Positions 12,777 to 25,490 of a stretch of 64,000 nucleotides of DNA are shown one piece after another. The stretch spans positions 37,140,001-37,204,000 of the forward strand of contig OZ076409.1 in the NCBI GenBank assembly GCA_964187785.1, given 5' to 3'. The notes beneath the pieces are model-generated. The model had not been told where the DNA came from and did not search any database. It worked only from the letters and a program-made list of their open reading frames with translations. Position numbers and translations under genes: made by a program. The DNA is from Amphiscolops sp. MND2022. Lineage: Eukaryota. Numbering within the stretch: position 1 is the stretch's first letter; the number at the start of each line of letters is the position of its first letter.

Positions 12777-15700
12777 TTAGTAAGGCGTGTTTGACTTGGA
12801 GTTCGTGATGTCGCGGTAAGTTTCCGGGTTTGGTTCGGACCTTAGTAGATAACAAGTGATGTTATTACGTGACGTGACTTGTGTTCTGATGTTGTTGTTT
12901 GTCAGTTTGTTATCGTCGGCTGCAGTTCCATCGGGTTGAACGCGGTATTCGTCGTTTGTATTAGTTCTGACGACCGAGTCGTCAAGTGGTTGCTCCACGG
13001 TTTGCGGGAAGTTCTCAGGGATCAGTTGTAACTGTGGTCTGTCAGTTAACCTTTGCGCCTGCTCATAGTAAATGATGCCGTGTTCGGTATCAAACTCTTC
13101 ACGTTCTACTGTTTCGGGAGTTGGTTCGAAGTGACTTAGTTGAGGGATGTGGTCATTGGAGAGCTCTTGATCGTCGGACGCATCAGGGTCAGCAAAAAAG
13201 AGATTTGGGTCTTCGTCAATGTCCGGTATTGGTGCGTTCGGAGTGAAAGGACGTAGTCGCATCCTATGAACGCACTGAGTGCCGTTTTTTCTAATTATGT
13301 AGTTGAAGGTTGAGAGGACATTTACTACATTGAATGGGCCTTCCCATTTGAAATAGTTGAAGGCGATTTTGTCAGAATGAGTTGTGACTTTGGGGTTAAG
13401 TAAGAATGCGAAGTCGTTAACGTTTAGCGGTAACGCCTGTGCTTTGAGGTCGTAGTAGCTTTAGCTAGGCTTGGAGTATGTTGTTGTTTACTTGTTTGTA
13501 CGTTTCGTTGACTTGATTAAATAGTTTAGCTATGTCAGTTTCCGTTGTCTTGCTTTTCAGAGGGTTACTGAATTTAAGGTCTAGTGCGGTAAACGGAATC
13601 CTACCGTGGAACACTTCGCTGGGTGTACACTTAAATGACTGGTGGTAGGTGGTGTTGTGTGCCATGACTGCTAGGTTGACATACTTGTACCATTGGGGGT
13701 AGTCAGCTGAAGCGTTGAGTTTCAGAATCTGCTTCAGTCATTGATGGAAGCGTTCTACCATCCGTATGGTCTTGGTATGTTTTACAATCGCGTGTTCAAT
13801 TTTGATCCAGGCAGTTTTCATTTTTTCGGTCATGATGCTTGAAGTGGAAGCAGTGCCTTTGTAGGTAATGATAGTCTTCGGTACGAAGGCGTGTTCAGTG
13901 AATATCTGCATGAGGGCGTTCACTACAGATTTCGTGTCTGGTTTACGGATCGGGATAGCGAACAGATAACGCGAGAAGTAATCACCCACCGTCAGGATGT
14001 GCGTGTAACCATTTGAGCAAGGTAGTTCACCTACTAGGTCAATCTCTAGTACGTCTTCAGGACCATTGGAGGGGTCATAGATTTTCTCTAAAGGAGGGAC
14101 TAGTCGCTTTGGGTCAACAGACTTGGCTTTGATGCAATCGGTACAGTTACTTACATACTTTGAGACGTGTTCACTAAGTCCTGGAAGGTAATAACGCTTG
14201 CGGAGTTCTACCAACATCTTTGATGCCCCAGGGTGTCCCTGCATGAGGTCGCCATACATGGTCCTAATTATGGGCAGAGTAGAACTCTACCAGTGGTATT
14301 GAAAAAAATCCTGTACAAGACCTTGTCAACCACTTCTTAGACGTTTTTGGTTTTTTAAACGAATTTTTGGAAAAACGAACTTGCAAAGTTTTCGTGGTTA
14401 GGCAGTGGTTCGCTGTTTTCCAGGACGCGAACCATTTTTTGAACGTCCTGGTTACTTACCTGATCTTGGATACCTTGCGAATTCCCTTGCGGACATACCT
14501 GGTTTACCGTGTGTGGGTGTTGGCGCCGGGTAAACTTCGTCAGCATGATGGACGGAGCCTCGCCTGTTAGTACTGGCTCGAGGTGACGACTGATCATCTG
14601 AATCATCTTGACACGGTCGTCGTCATGCTGGTGTTGGCTGTGTGCGAGGGAATGCAACAAGCATTGCATTTGAGTGAGGTCGTTGTGATTGTTAATTGCG
14701 CCGAGTTGTTGTTGTTTGGGCGGGTCAACCGTCTCAGGTTGTTGCAGTTGTTCAGGGTCATAATCTTCTTCATCGTCATCTTGTTTCGGTGTTTTCGATG
14801 CCAGGTCGATCTTTAAGTAATGGACAGGAATCGTTGAATTTCAAGTGAATCCTACTTTCGGGGTTGATGTCGAGTCGAAACAAGTTGTCTGCTGCTGTAT
14901 TTTCTACCCCTGGCACATGGGCGAGCACGAAGTCAAACTGCAGTGCTTGGTCACATTGGTTCCAAAGTTTGGGTGGGATCCGTTTTGACTGGAGAAAGCG
15001 TGTCAGCGCTTTGTTGTCGGTCATCACAGTTGTGGGTTTTTTGACTCCCCGCAATATGTGTGCAAATCCGTCGAAAGCGAAGTGCATTGACAGGAACTCT
15101 TTCGCGTACATTGTCAGTGACATCTGGCCTTCAGTGAATCTCTGGGAACCGAGCGCTACAAGTGCATACGTCTTCTTGTTGCCGTCCTTGGTCTCTGTGT
15201 AGTCTTCGATGAGAAGTAGGTACCCCGCTGCATGTTCGCCTGCATCACACATGATGACGAGTTGCTTTTCGGGTAGTGGTAACATTAACGACAATTTTGC
15301 AGCCCGTACCAGATTCTTGTTGATGTCATAAATTGCATCCTTGTGTTCTTGTGTTAGTATGAAGTTGACATCTTTCTGCAACAGTTTGTACAGTGGTACA
15401 AGTTTTTTGGCTATTTTCGGGCTGTACTGTCTGTAAAACTGGACGAATCCGATGTATCTCTGCAATGTATTGACTGATGTTGGTAATTTCAGGTTTTTGA
15501 GAAATTGGTCGATGTGGCCCTCAAGGGGTTCGATGCCTTTTTTCGTTATGCTCCGACCCAGAAATTCAATCTTCGGGTGTCCAAAGGCGCACTTTGACAT
15601 TGAGAATTTCAGTCCTGTTTTTTGAATCTGCTGAAACACTGCCTCAATGTTGTCTACCAGCTCGTATACGTTGTTTGCCGAGACTCCGATGTCATCAACG

Positions 15701-17160
15701 TACTGTGCACGTTTGTGTGCTTTCACTATTGCATCAAGGTACTCTCGGATCGTACTGTACGCGAAGGTTTTGCTGCCAAAGTTGAATGCAAGAAGCTGGA
15801 TTGATTGCTCGTCGGCCATCTGGAGGCAGTTGTGGGCCTGTCAACAATCGAGCTTGCAGAAGTACTTCTTGCCTGCCATGTGTTGGGCCGCATCTGCCAT
15901 TGTGGTTTTAGTCGTTTTTGAGGAGGTGGTTGATGCGTATCAAGTCGACTAGTATTCGAAGTTTGCCATTGGGCTTCCGCTGTGCAAATATCGGGGAAGA
16001 GTATTTGTTGTACTGAAGTGTTGTGATAATCCCGCTTTCCTGCATCAGAGCCAGTTCAACCAGTAAGTCATCCTTCAAGTTGGTTGGAGTGGGTAAACTC
16101 TCGCGTACACAGGATCATCATGTTTAGGCGTTAAATTGATCTTGAAATCGGTGTTGAGGCCGATGTCCATACGATGACGTGCAAAAATCATGTGGTGTTT
16201 GACTAGTAGTGCTTCAATCCTCTCTTGCTCCTGCTCATTTAGGATTGAGTTGTCCCAGCTGAAACTCTTGAGAAACGTGTGTCGTTGTTCGCCGTCGCAC
16301 GTAGGATCAACTTTTTTTTTGCTCCTCGGAGTTGTGTGATTTCGTCGTATATTCGACGTTCGATTTTGTTGAGTTATTCGGGGTTGTCTCGCGTTTTGGG
16401 TGTTGGGTACCATCGTTTGTCCATGGTTGCTTCGGGTCTTGGATCAACTGGTTGATTACGTTGTCAACTTCGTCAGGGAGTTTGAAGATCAGTGTCAAAT
16501 GTTCCTTGGTCATGGGTTGGATGTTTCAGGCCTGGTTTGGAGTTAGTATTTTGAATAGTGCAATTGTTGTGTTCTGGGGGATTGTTATTGCGTGGTCCAT
16601 GTGGTTGGTAATTTGGGCGTAACTCCGTTGTTCCAGTATCTCAGACATCAATGGGGACAGTAGTAGTTCCGTCTTGCGTCCGAATGACGGGAACGCTTCT
16701 ACTGTGCCTGTTACAGTGCCAATGTCCTTTTCAGCTAGAAATGGAGAAGGACTTGTTATCGTACCATTGGTAATTTGGATTCTGAAGTCTGGTGCTGGGT
16801 ATGTTTGGAGTAATCGTCTCAGTTCGTTCTCAGACATTGCGCTCTGGATTGCTGCTGTGTCTAGCAATCCGTAGTTCTCGTATGCCCCGAATTCAAGAGG
16901 GACATAGAGCATCTTGTTCCTTCTGTCAAGTTGCTGCGTAGCGCCGAACTGTCTGATGGGTTTGTTTGTCTTGGGGGGTTCTTGTGGTTGTTCGTCTCTG
17001 CTTGTGTTGGGTGGTCAACTTGTTTGCCTGTGGGGTGAGTCTTCGTGTCCCGTTTCCGTTTGCGGTCATGGTTGTTTTCGGTCTGGCTACAGTCATTAGT
17101 CGTGCAGGTGGCGTCGTCGTCAACTAGAAGAAGGTTGTGGTAAATGTAGTGAGCCACCTT
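12777..17160 (-). pseudogene. pol of the large gypsy element (PR-RT-RNaseH-IN), fragmented
   Basis: Protease LLDTAAIQSAM; RT QYVDDIGV and KCAFG..IEFLG; RNase H MCDAGEHAAG and YAKEF; integrase GHPG..CTDC, EIDLVG and VERFHQ; C-terminal tail to 12777. Confidence 0.92.
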
Positions 17161-17419
17161 TTGAACGTAGTATCATTTGGAGGGTTGAGACTTTCTGTCA
17201 GTATGCTGCGGACATTCTGACATCTTGGCCGTAGAGTCGTAGTAGTTGTTAGTCTGTTGTTTGTTGCGCGCACTTGTAGTCTGGTTTAGTGGAGGGTGAC
17301 GTGGCTTCACAAGGTTTTTGATATGGATTCGATTTCGTCATTGTACTCCACGTCATAGCAGTCGTTGTCACAAGTCGTTGCCACAAGTCGTTGCCACGGT
17401 GGATTTCGATTTGGGTTGT

Positions 17420-18765
17420 CTATTCGGTCACTTGTGTGACCTGGTAAGCTGGTTGTTGGTTATTCTGGGACTGTTTAAAATCCCTGCGGAACTCTCGATT
17501 CTCTGTTGTCGACTGTTTCTCGTAGGGTACGTTTCTAAATGCTGAAGCTCCTGGTACCCTGTTCCTGCAATCTCGTGCTGAGTGCCCGACTTGCCCACAG
17601 ATCTGGCATACCAGCTTCGAGCTGTACCGTGGTTTGTCGATCTGTTGCTGCTGGCCGTTGTTGTTTGCTTGCTGTGGCCGTTGTTGGTTTTTTGTGTATG
17701 TGCAGTTTGCTTCATCTCTGAGGCGTTTACGGCACTCGATCCACTTATGGCCAACAATGTTGCAGTATCGGCAGTTGCCTTCGAACTTCTGTGTAACTTC
17801 TTTAGTGGTTGTGGGCTTTCCGGAGTCGTTGTTGGTTGGGGGTGATTGGTTAGCTTGTTGTCTCTCTTGGTAGTTGTCATGATTCAAGGGTTGCATGCCA
17901 GATGGCGGTTTTCTTGAAGAAGATTTTGTAAGAAAATCCGTAAATGATTCCACTGTTGGATCGTACCTCAATTGGTCAAATTTGTTTTTTGACATTTCTT
18001 TGAGGTCTTCCTTGGCGTATTCTTTGTTGAATGCTTGAAGAATGTCTGCCAGCGTCGTTTCGGTATTGATTTTCAGGGATGCCTGAACTCAATGGCCTCA
18101 TCCCTGAGAAGGTTTTGAAAGTAGTTAAGCTTTTGCTCTTCCGTCAGTTTCTGCATGTGTGGGCGGAGGTGGTTTTTGAGTAGGTGTTCAAACTCATTAT
18201 ACTTTTCTCTATTTCCACGAAAGAGTTTCCACGAAAGGGACTTGAGTTTGTGAGAGATTCGGTTGGATCACTCCATCAGTCATTGTGGTACGCAAGTTTT
18301 GTATTTCCGTCATTACGTCTTCCATTTGTGGTTCGGTAATGGATTGGGTATGTCCTCTTGCGTGGTGAACTACAGGCGTTGGGGGAGTTCTGCGTGGTTG
18401 TTGCAGGTTTGGAGCCGGCATTAAGTTCGTCGAGAGTCCTGTCACAATGTCAGAATGAGGCAACGACTTGAAGTTGCGGACGTTAGGGTCATTCTCTTCC
18501 CTACTGTTTGTAACTTTTTCAAAAAGGGCTCTAACCATACTTGTCCATTCGCCAATCTGTCTATTCATTTCTAAGAATCTCTGTTCTTTCCTTGATCTAT
18601 CGTGATCCCTTTCTTGGGACTTATCGCTTCATCACTACAATCGTTAAAGTAACTCCCCGAGTAGTGATCTGCCACGCTGATGTTATCTTCTTTATAAGAA
18701 TATTCATCCTCTCTTGTTTGCTCTACTCTATTCTCTCTAAGGATCTGGGATCTTGTATTCACCAT
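17420..18765 (-). pseudogene. gag of the large gypsy element, fragmented
   Basis: Zinc knuckles CRYCNIVGHKWIEC and CQICGQVGHSARDC, with a capsid-like segment (FDQLRYDPTVESFTDFL) upstream. Stops and frameshifts present. Confidence 0.85.
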
Positions 18766-21489
18766 TTTCGAGTTAAAACGTTAGTTTTGAAAGGTTTGAA
18801 TTATTGTTGAATTGGAAAAATGTTAATGTATTGGTAAGTGAGCTAGGTAAAAGGTTAATTTCGATATAGTGTAAAGTACGTCTGTTCTCAATGCTAGCAC
18901 AATTTAAACTGGTGATTTTCTACTTCGTTTTAGCTTTTTCTATATTTCAAGTCAAGCTTACATAATACCTAAAACTTTGCGTCTGTTTCTTCGCTGTTTC
19001 TCATTGATTTGGCAAGTCACACTTCAAGGTTCGTTAGGTGACTGGTAACTTCAGTCGTCGTTAATCTCTTACGCAGCACTTTCGCACCTGTTACTACAAT
19101 TCTAATCTTCACACTTTTAGCTCCGACTAAATTACGATTAAAGCATTGGTGGTAACTATGGATACAAAACTTTTAAATAATATAAATCAAAGCACTAATT
19201 GTTGGTGACGACTAATTGTTTCAGTTGTTGGTTTGAATCGACGCAATACATGAAATTTAACACTAGTGAATTCAATGGATTGATGAAAATGATGATGATT
19301 TTAGTGAAATACTAATCGATGCACTGTATAACTATATGTAAAAACTGCATGCAATGTGTTTTAGGGGAATTCACGACAGGATAGGCCGGCCGTTCTTCAC
19401 CGTAAAAATATTTCATTAGTTTTTAGTTGGTGTTGAGTTTCAATTGCATCTTCTGACGACTGTGGTGTGTCGTCGTTAAGTAAATCATGTCGTTCGGCAT
19501 GACAAAATGCATAATAAATTAGACTCTAAGAACCTGATCACGCATTATTTGATCTAAAAGGTGCTACCGAACAAAATGCAAGTCATTTATGTGTTTGAGG
19601 TAGGTGTAATTCATGGCCCCTGATGCAAATCTGATGGAAAACAAAGCAATGACATCAACGCATCTACGACCAAATTTCCACAGCCAGATCAATCCAAAAC
19701 TCAATGACACTCTTAGTCATCACAAAATCTTTAATCATTCGAAATTCATTATTGTGTTCGCCAGTGTGAGATTTATAACTACAGTGCAATTAAATACTCA
19801 TCAACTTCACCCCATTTTGTTGTGCGAATTGATGGTTTCACGAGATAGAACAAATTAGCACTTCATCATATCAGCCAATGGTAAAGAGAGAGTGGTGATA
19901 ATTGCGTCTTGACACCTGAAGTGACACTCCTGAACGTTACGCAATTGCAAAACCGAGTGAACCCGTTAACGAAATCTGCAAACGGTTAACCAGTTAATAC
20001 AATGAAATGATACCTTTGAAACTATGAAAAATCCCCAAAAACATCTAGTCGAAAGCAACTCGCCGAATGTTCTGCGGCAGAAAACTCGTCGCAAGAACAA
20101 GATACTCTCCGACCAATATAGAGCCTATTTTATAGCACTGTGTTTTTAAGTTCTAATTTATTATGAAGTATTACACTGTAAACAATAGAAGTGAAACATT
20201 TCGAGCAATTATATAACCAAAAAGCTATATTATGCGTAAAGCTGATAATTCTAGGCATAAATTATTCGACGAATTTATTAAAAATAAAATTCAGTCAATT
20301 TCCCTATTTTCCTTCCTGATAGAGGAAAGCAGGTTCCGAGGCTCCACATGGTTACTTTTTTCTACTTTTATATTCGGGAGATTTTCTTTGAAATTGCCCT
20401 GAGCATATTTTGAAAACTTACGTTCTTTATGCCTTGAGCAGGGCACCCTTTGCTGTCGCACCTGTCTTTTTAGTAGCAGTTTCGGCATGAAGTTTCAGCA
20501 AAAGTAGAGTATTTTTAGTCGGTTCTTTTCATAAAAAAGAGAAGACTCTTACAGTGACTAGTTTTTCGTCAGACCACCGACGTCATTCCACTTTTTACAG
20601 ACTTTGAGCTGAGAAGTTTCAAAGAGTACGCAAAGATGGCAAGGGGTATCCTTTTGAAATTTTTTAGGGGCTTGAGCCTTGCGAGGTGCCCATATGGTCG
20701 AGTTTTTTTTCGCAGATTTCAGGACATCAACAAACTTTGCAAATTTGTGAGACGATTTTCTCAAAACCGATAATAAATATCCATACCATGTTTTCGCTGA
20801 AAGTTCTGCAAGATCCTAGGCTACACTTTCGCGGCAAAAAATCCAAAAAAAATCGTTCTATGGTTTTTTCGCAAGTAGTTTTGGGAAACGCAGTTTTTGA
20901 CCTTTGGCGCGAGAACAAATACAGAGACAATGGTTTCATAAATTGCACAAGCATTTAATAGGCTACATTTTAGCCTAAGATGACGTCAAGTTTTTTTTCG
21001 TCTTCAGTTTTTTCGGGCAATAAAAGGCAAGAAAAAAATGTCGAATTTTTTTTTCATTCGTACCTCACGGAGTAAGGCAAAGATTTAGGCTAGTTGTTGT
21101 ACAAACGAAGTTTCCGTCATCAAGTATGACGCCTTCGTTTTTCTGCCGAAAATACTAAAAATTAAAAAAAAAACTCTTAGTTCGTTTATACTTGAGCTCC
21201 TATATCTCATGACCCAGATCAAATTAGGAGTTCATGGTTTCGTAAATTGTACGAGAGTTATGTAGGCTACGTTTTAGGTTTGAAGTGACGTCGAATTGTT
21301 TCCAGCTTGCTTTTTTGGGAAATTAAAAGGTTTAAAAGACATATCCGCATTTCTTTCGAACTTTTTTTCGTTGAGCATTTTAGTAAAACTTTTGATCTTT
21401 TTGAAACGTTAAATGTTTCAAGCGTCGACTTAAGACGTTCTCAAATTTTTTCCAACTGAATGCGAAAGACCACAACTCAGATTTGCAAT

Positions 21490-24400
21490 TGGAATTGCCA
21501 ATGACTCTTCGCATAAGGCGCTTCATCGACTTCATCGCTGCTTCCCATTAGTCCGCCGAAGTTGGGTGAGCGAGGAGGACTGGAGAGTCAATCAAACTTC
21601 CTCCCGACCAAAGATCGCCTTGAGGTCTTTCTTGAACGCCACTTTGCAAATGCACAGTGTTCTGAACAACTTCACAGGTGAATTGAAATTGTCCGGGTCT
21701 ACTAACGAAATACTAGGTGACGTAAACTCTATCATGGCTTTGACTTCTTGGCGGGATTCCACCTTTGTGAGGAGGGTCTGCGATTGGTCAGGAAAATATG
21801 ATCCCAACCACGTGGGTTCTTCAAACCAGAACTTCTGCTGAGCCACCAACTGCGTTGCTAGCCTTCCACGTAAGCACAGATTGCTGTGTTCTCTTCTGAC
21901 GACCCGTGAATGAATTGAGTTATTGGGACCATTGATTCAATTTGATAGACACAGTTAGAGACAAACGTGTTCCTTGGAGCGGGATCTGTCTCGATCCATG
22001 AGAAGGCGATCGTTGATTCTGAAAACAACATTGACATGTTCAGTGCGTGCTTCGAGTTTGATAGTTTCTAATTAACCGCTGATGCAAGTTAGGCACAGGT
22101 GCGTAGTGCTAGGAGCTCGAGACGAGGGAGTGTTGAGGGTTTGATTGGAGTCATCTTGCATTTTGAGTAAACGAGGTTTGAGGAGACGATGCCATCTTTG
22201 ACTGAGACCAGATAAACACAAGTACCATATGCTTTCGAAAGTATTACAGAAGATTGGCAGGGGCGCTTCATAAGTTTTGTGATGATGGGTTTTAGGGGTT
22301 TTGTAGCTGTTTTCGTAGGCCTTGTTAGGTTCTAGAAGGGCTTTGGGAAGACAACTAATCAGTGGGATTCAACTTGCGTAGAGGGAGACAGTTCTTCGTG
22401 AAGGCTTCAATCAAACTGGATTGAAGCCCGCATGCTTCCACCAGTGTATCAGCGTCACTAAGTAGATCGTCATTCCAAAAGTCACTGAGAATCACATTCT
22501 TTCTGTAAGTATTGTGTTCGTGATTTTTACCAATCTATTTGAGTGCCCGAGTTGAATGCTAGGATGAGCTGGCAACACCACACGTCACACGAGTCAAACG
22601 CAATCCTCGAATCTCGTCTGTCACGTAATCACGCCTCGATGGAAGTCACAATCTGATCCGTCCAGAGCCATTTGCCGGTACATCTTTGCCACATCTGCCG
22701 ACAACGCATGTTGGTGTAGGCGAAAGCGAATGAGGATGTCAAAAACATTGTATTGTAGGCGGGGTCCAAGCAGCAGGCAGTCGTTCAGGGAAAAGACTTT
22801 CGGAGAATTGCTGCCGGCATAAAACACGACACGAAGCTTGTTCGTCGTACTATCCTTGAACACACAGTATTGAGGTAAGCCTAAGCTCAAGCCTGAAGTC
22901 TGAGGAGCTTCTTCCGTGATGAATTCGCGATACTCTTGATTCACGTCATTGTGATTCTTGAATTTCCTTGCAATGTGAATTTTCTCTGCTTGGCCGTTTG
23001 AAAATTGTTCGAGGGACGAGCCTCAGACTTGAAGGGGAGACAAACAGTGATGCGGCCGTCATCTGCAACATAGGTCGCTGTGTTGTATCGTTCCACGCAC
23101 TGACGATTTTTTTGACATCAGCTTCACTCGAGGAATCTCGTCTACTTCCCAGAACCGAGCAAGGTCCAGTTCCACTGCAACTTGGGATATTGGCAACTTG
23201 GGATTGATATTCAAAGCCACGCACATGGGATAACACTCCTGTAACCACGCAGCCGAAGATATATTTGTGACAGTGCAGCCCGTGATCCTTCTTTTCCTTT
23301 AGAAAGAGATCATCATACGCATCCGCCCCCAACAGGAATTGAACAGGGCCAGGTTGATGACGTTTTATGTTTGCTAGTTTCATTGACTTTAATTGTTTCA
23401 AGTTATTGGGTTGAAGGTTTCTTACCTGTGATTGAGTTCAGCACCAGTGCTCTAACAGGCAAGTTTTGAGGACCAACTAGGAGACTGACTGACTCCTTTG
23501 CTGCTAGTTGCCGTCCACCAAACCCAGAGACCTTTATGACTGTTGAACGGGCAAGGTTGACTTTTGAAGCAGGATCCGCTGTGATGAAGGATGTTTGGGA
23601 CCCAGAGTCCAGCATGGCTCGAATCATTAGTGTCCTTCCACCTGTATCATCTGTGCCAACTATTGCTGTTGACAGAAGCACTGACGGGCCACTGATCATT
23701 GCACCGTTCGTCACACCACCATGCTGCTCAACTGAACGATCAAAGTGTAGCGATGTATGATGCATCCACATGCAAGTGCGGCAGCTAAAATTCGACGTCC
23801 AATCAGTCACGAAATACCGCCCACACAGTTCATGCACAATTCCTCACCATTGCTTTCCTCTCACGCGTGCGCAGTGCCCAACTGCTTGTAGCGATCATAT
23901 TGGAAGTTTGGATGGGGCCATTGCATTCTTTCATCTGACAACTTGCGGAATGCTCGCCAGTTGAGGAGTAGGTTTCTTGATGCATCGTCTTAGGTGTCGT
24001 TATGGGAACATAATCTACAGACTGGTCAACTCTAGATTCCAATGCGCGCTTTGTCTATTCATGAAGGAAGTCAATTCTTTGAATATCTGCGCCGGGATGT
24101 GCCAGTTCAAATGGGTTGCTTCATTGAGCATCAAGTTTCTCCAGTATACTAGTATTACATCCCATTGACCGACAGGAAATATCAATGCTTGCACATGTTC
24201 ATTCATCGAAACCGCAGGCTCGGCACTTGACTCCTTCTTTGTGGCTGGTAGAGCATGATGAGCATGAATTGCCGCTAGGTGCGCGTTCTTGATTCAACGC
24301 TTGTTGTTGAAGCGCTCCTCTAGCTTTCGCCTTGCAATGACAAGGGACGTGAGACAACTGCTGAATAACTAGATGTCAAATGATGCATAATATAAGTGGC

Positions 24401-24623
24401 ATGAGTTTACAAATCATTGCTCCTTTGAGGGTATGAGTACGAAAAGGGCAATGATTGAAACAAAGGTTAAAAACTGGAAACAGGGAAAAATACAAATATG
24501 TCAAAAAGAAACGCTGTCATAGATTCGATGTCGCTCACACCGGTTCGAAAGTAAAGACTGAACAATCACGCTGAGTGAACTAATAATTACTGCGCGATCA
24601 TTGTGATGTCATGCGCCAGCACA
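21490..24623 (-). mobile_element. Truncated, degenerate BEL/Pao LTR retrotransposon
   Basis: Protease RAMLDSGSQTSFIT; RT LRVVF..SLNDCLLLGPRLQ..ILIRFR..ADVAKMYRQ; Pao RNase H region SKAYGTCVYL..LPRLELLA; integrase piece PNFGGL.EAAMKSMKR near 21500-21570. Possible 5' LTR at about 24338-24623; the 3' end is lost. Confidence 0.88.
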
Positions 24624-25256
24624 TGTAAATACTCTACCAACCCCTAAGTGTATCCAGGCCCTTTTTACGTGGCTAGAAACCAGCACAAGATTCTCTTTCA
24701 GAGGTATTCCGACACCTTGCAAGTTTTCCCAAATTTTTCTCGTTTCACCAAAGTGTTTACCATTGAATTCAGCTGAGAAAAAAACTTTAGCAGCACGAAT
24801 ACGTTTTGAAAGCGATTCTTTGCAATGTCAGACTCTCAAGCGAGGCTTTAAAAAAGTTTTAAAGTGTGGCCATGCACGAAAATAGTCATAGGTGCCCTGA
24901 GTCAAATAAGGTTGAGACCTATATTTTTTGTTATCAGTGCAAGTTGCTCTGTATCTTGTGGATGAAATACAGGATTCCATTGAACTCATTCTCAACCACA
25001 TTCACTCATAAAATTCCGCATAGGTTCCTTTGAAATCGGAATTCCCAAGTTTACTTGCAATTTTCACCTTACTTTTCGTTCTGCACAATTTCATGTGTGA
25101 GTTTTTAAAATCCGAAAGACGCCTCGTGTGAGAAAATGTTATTGTTTTTTGGCAATTTTGTTTTTCACTTAAGATGCTTCTACTTTGTTTCAAGCATTCT
25201 GTCTATGATTCCCTGCTTAAACACTTCTCCAAGTATATACTTCTCTGTATTCCACG

Positions 25257-25490
25257 TGTTAACGTGGAGCTCAGTAGGAAGAAATTTGAAACTTCAAAAG
25301 AGTCAGAGGATTAAGAATGTATTGATGATTATCAGAATTGACCTGTTGTATTGCTAATCTGTTTTTCATCTAGGCTCTCAGGCAAAATGGCACTAGCGTG
25401 AGAATTGTCAAGCCAGACGGTTACCAGGTACTTCATAAATATTTAAAACTTCACTCTTCGAAGATCAAGTATTTCCACACGCCTATCACT
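25257..25490 (-). repeat. 3' LTR of the 25257-30901 element (diverged)
   Basis: Clearly homologous to 30660-30901 but with many substitutions. Left edge approximate. Confidence 0.8.

Larger units (their letters stand above)
8599..19941 (-). mobile_element. Large degenerate Ty3/gypsy retrotransposon with an extra 3' region; boundaries uncertain
   Basis: Minus-strand gag (two CCHC knuckles), PR, RT, RH and IN between about 18765 and 12777. TGTTAC...GTTAC-bounded LTR-like blocks at 8599-9244 and 19089-19941 do not match each other, and I found no TSD. Confidence 0.7.

Noticed and set aside
14864..15952. Plus-strand ORFs overlapping pol, and similar antisense ORFs in the other elements
   Set aside because: Shadow ORFs on the strand opposite clear retroelement coding sequence.
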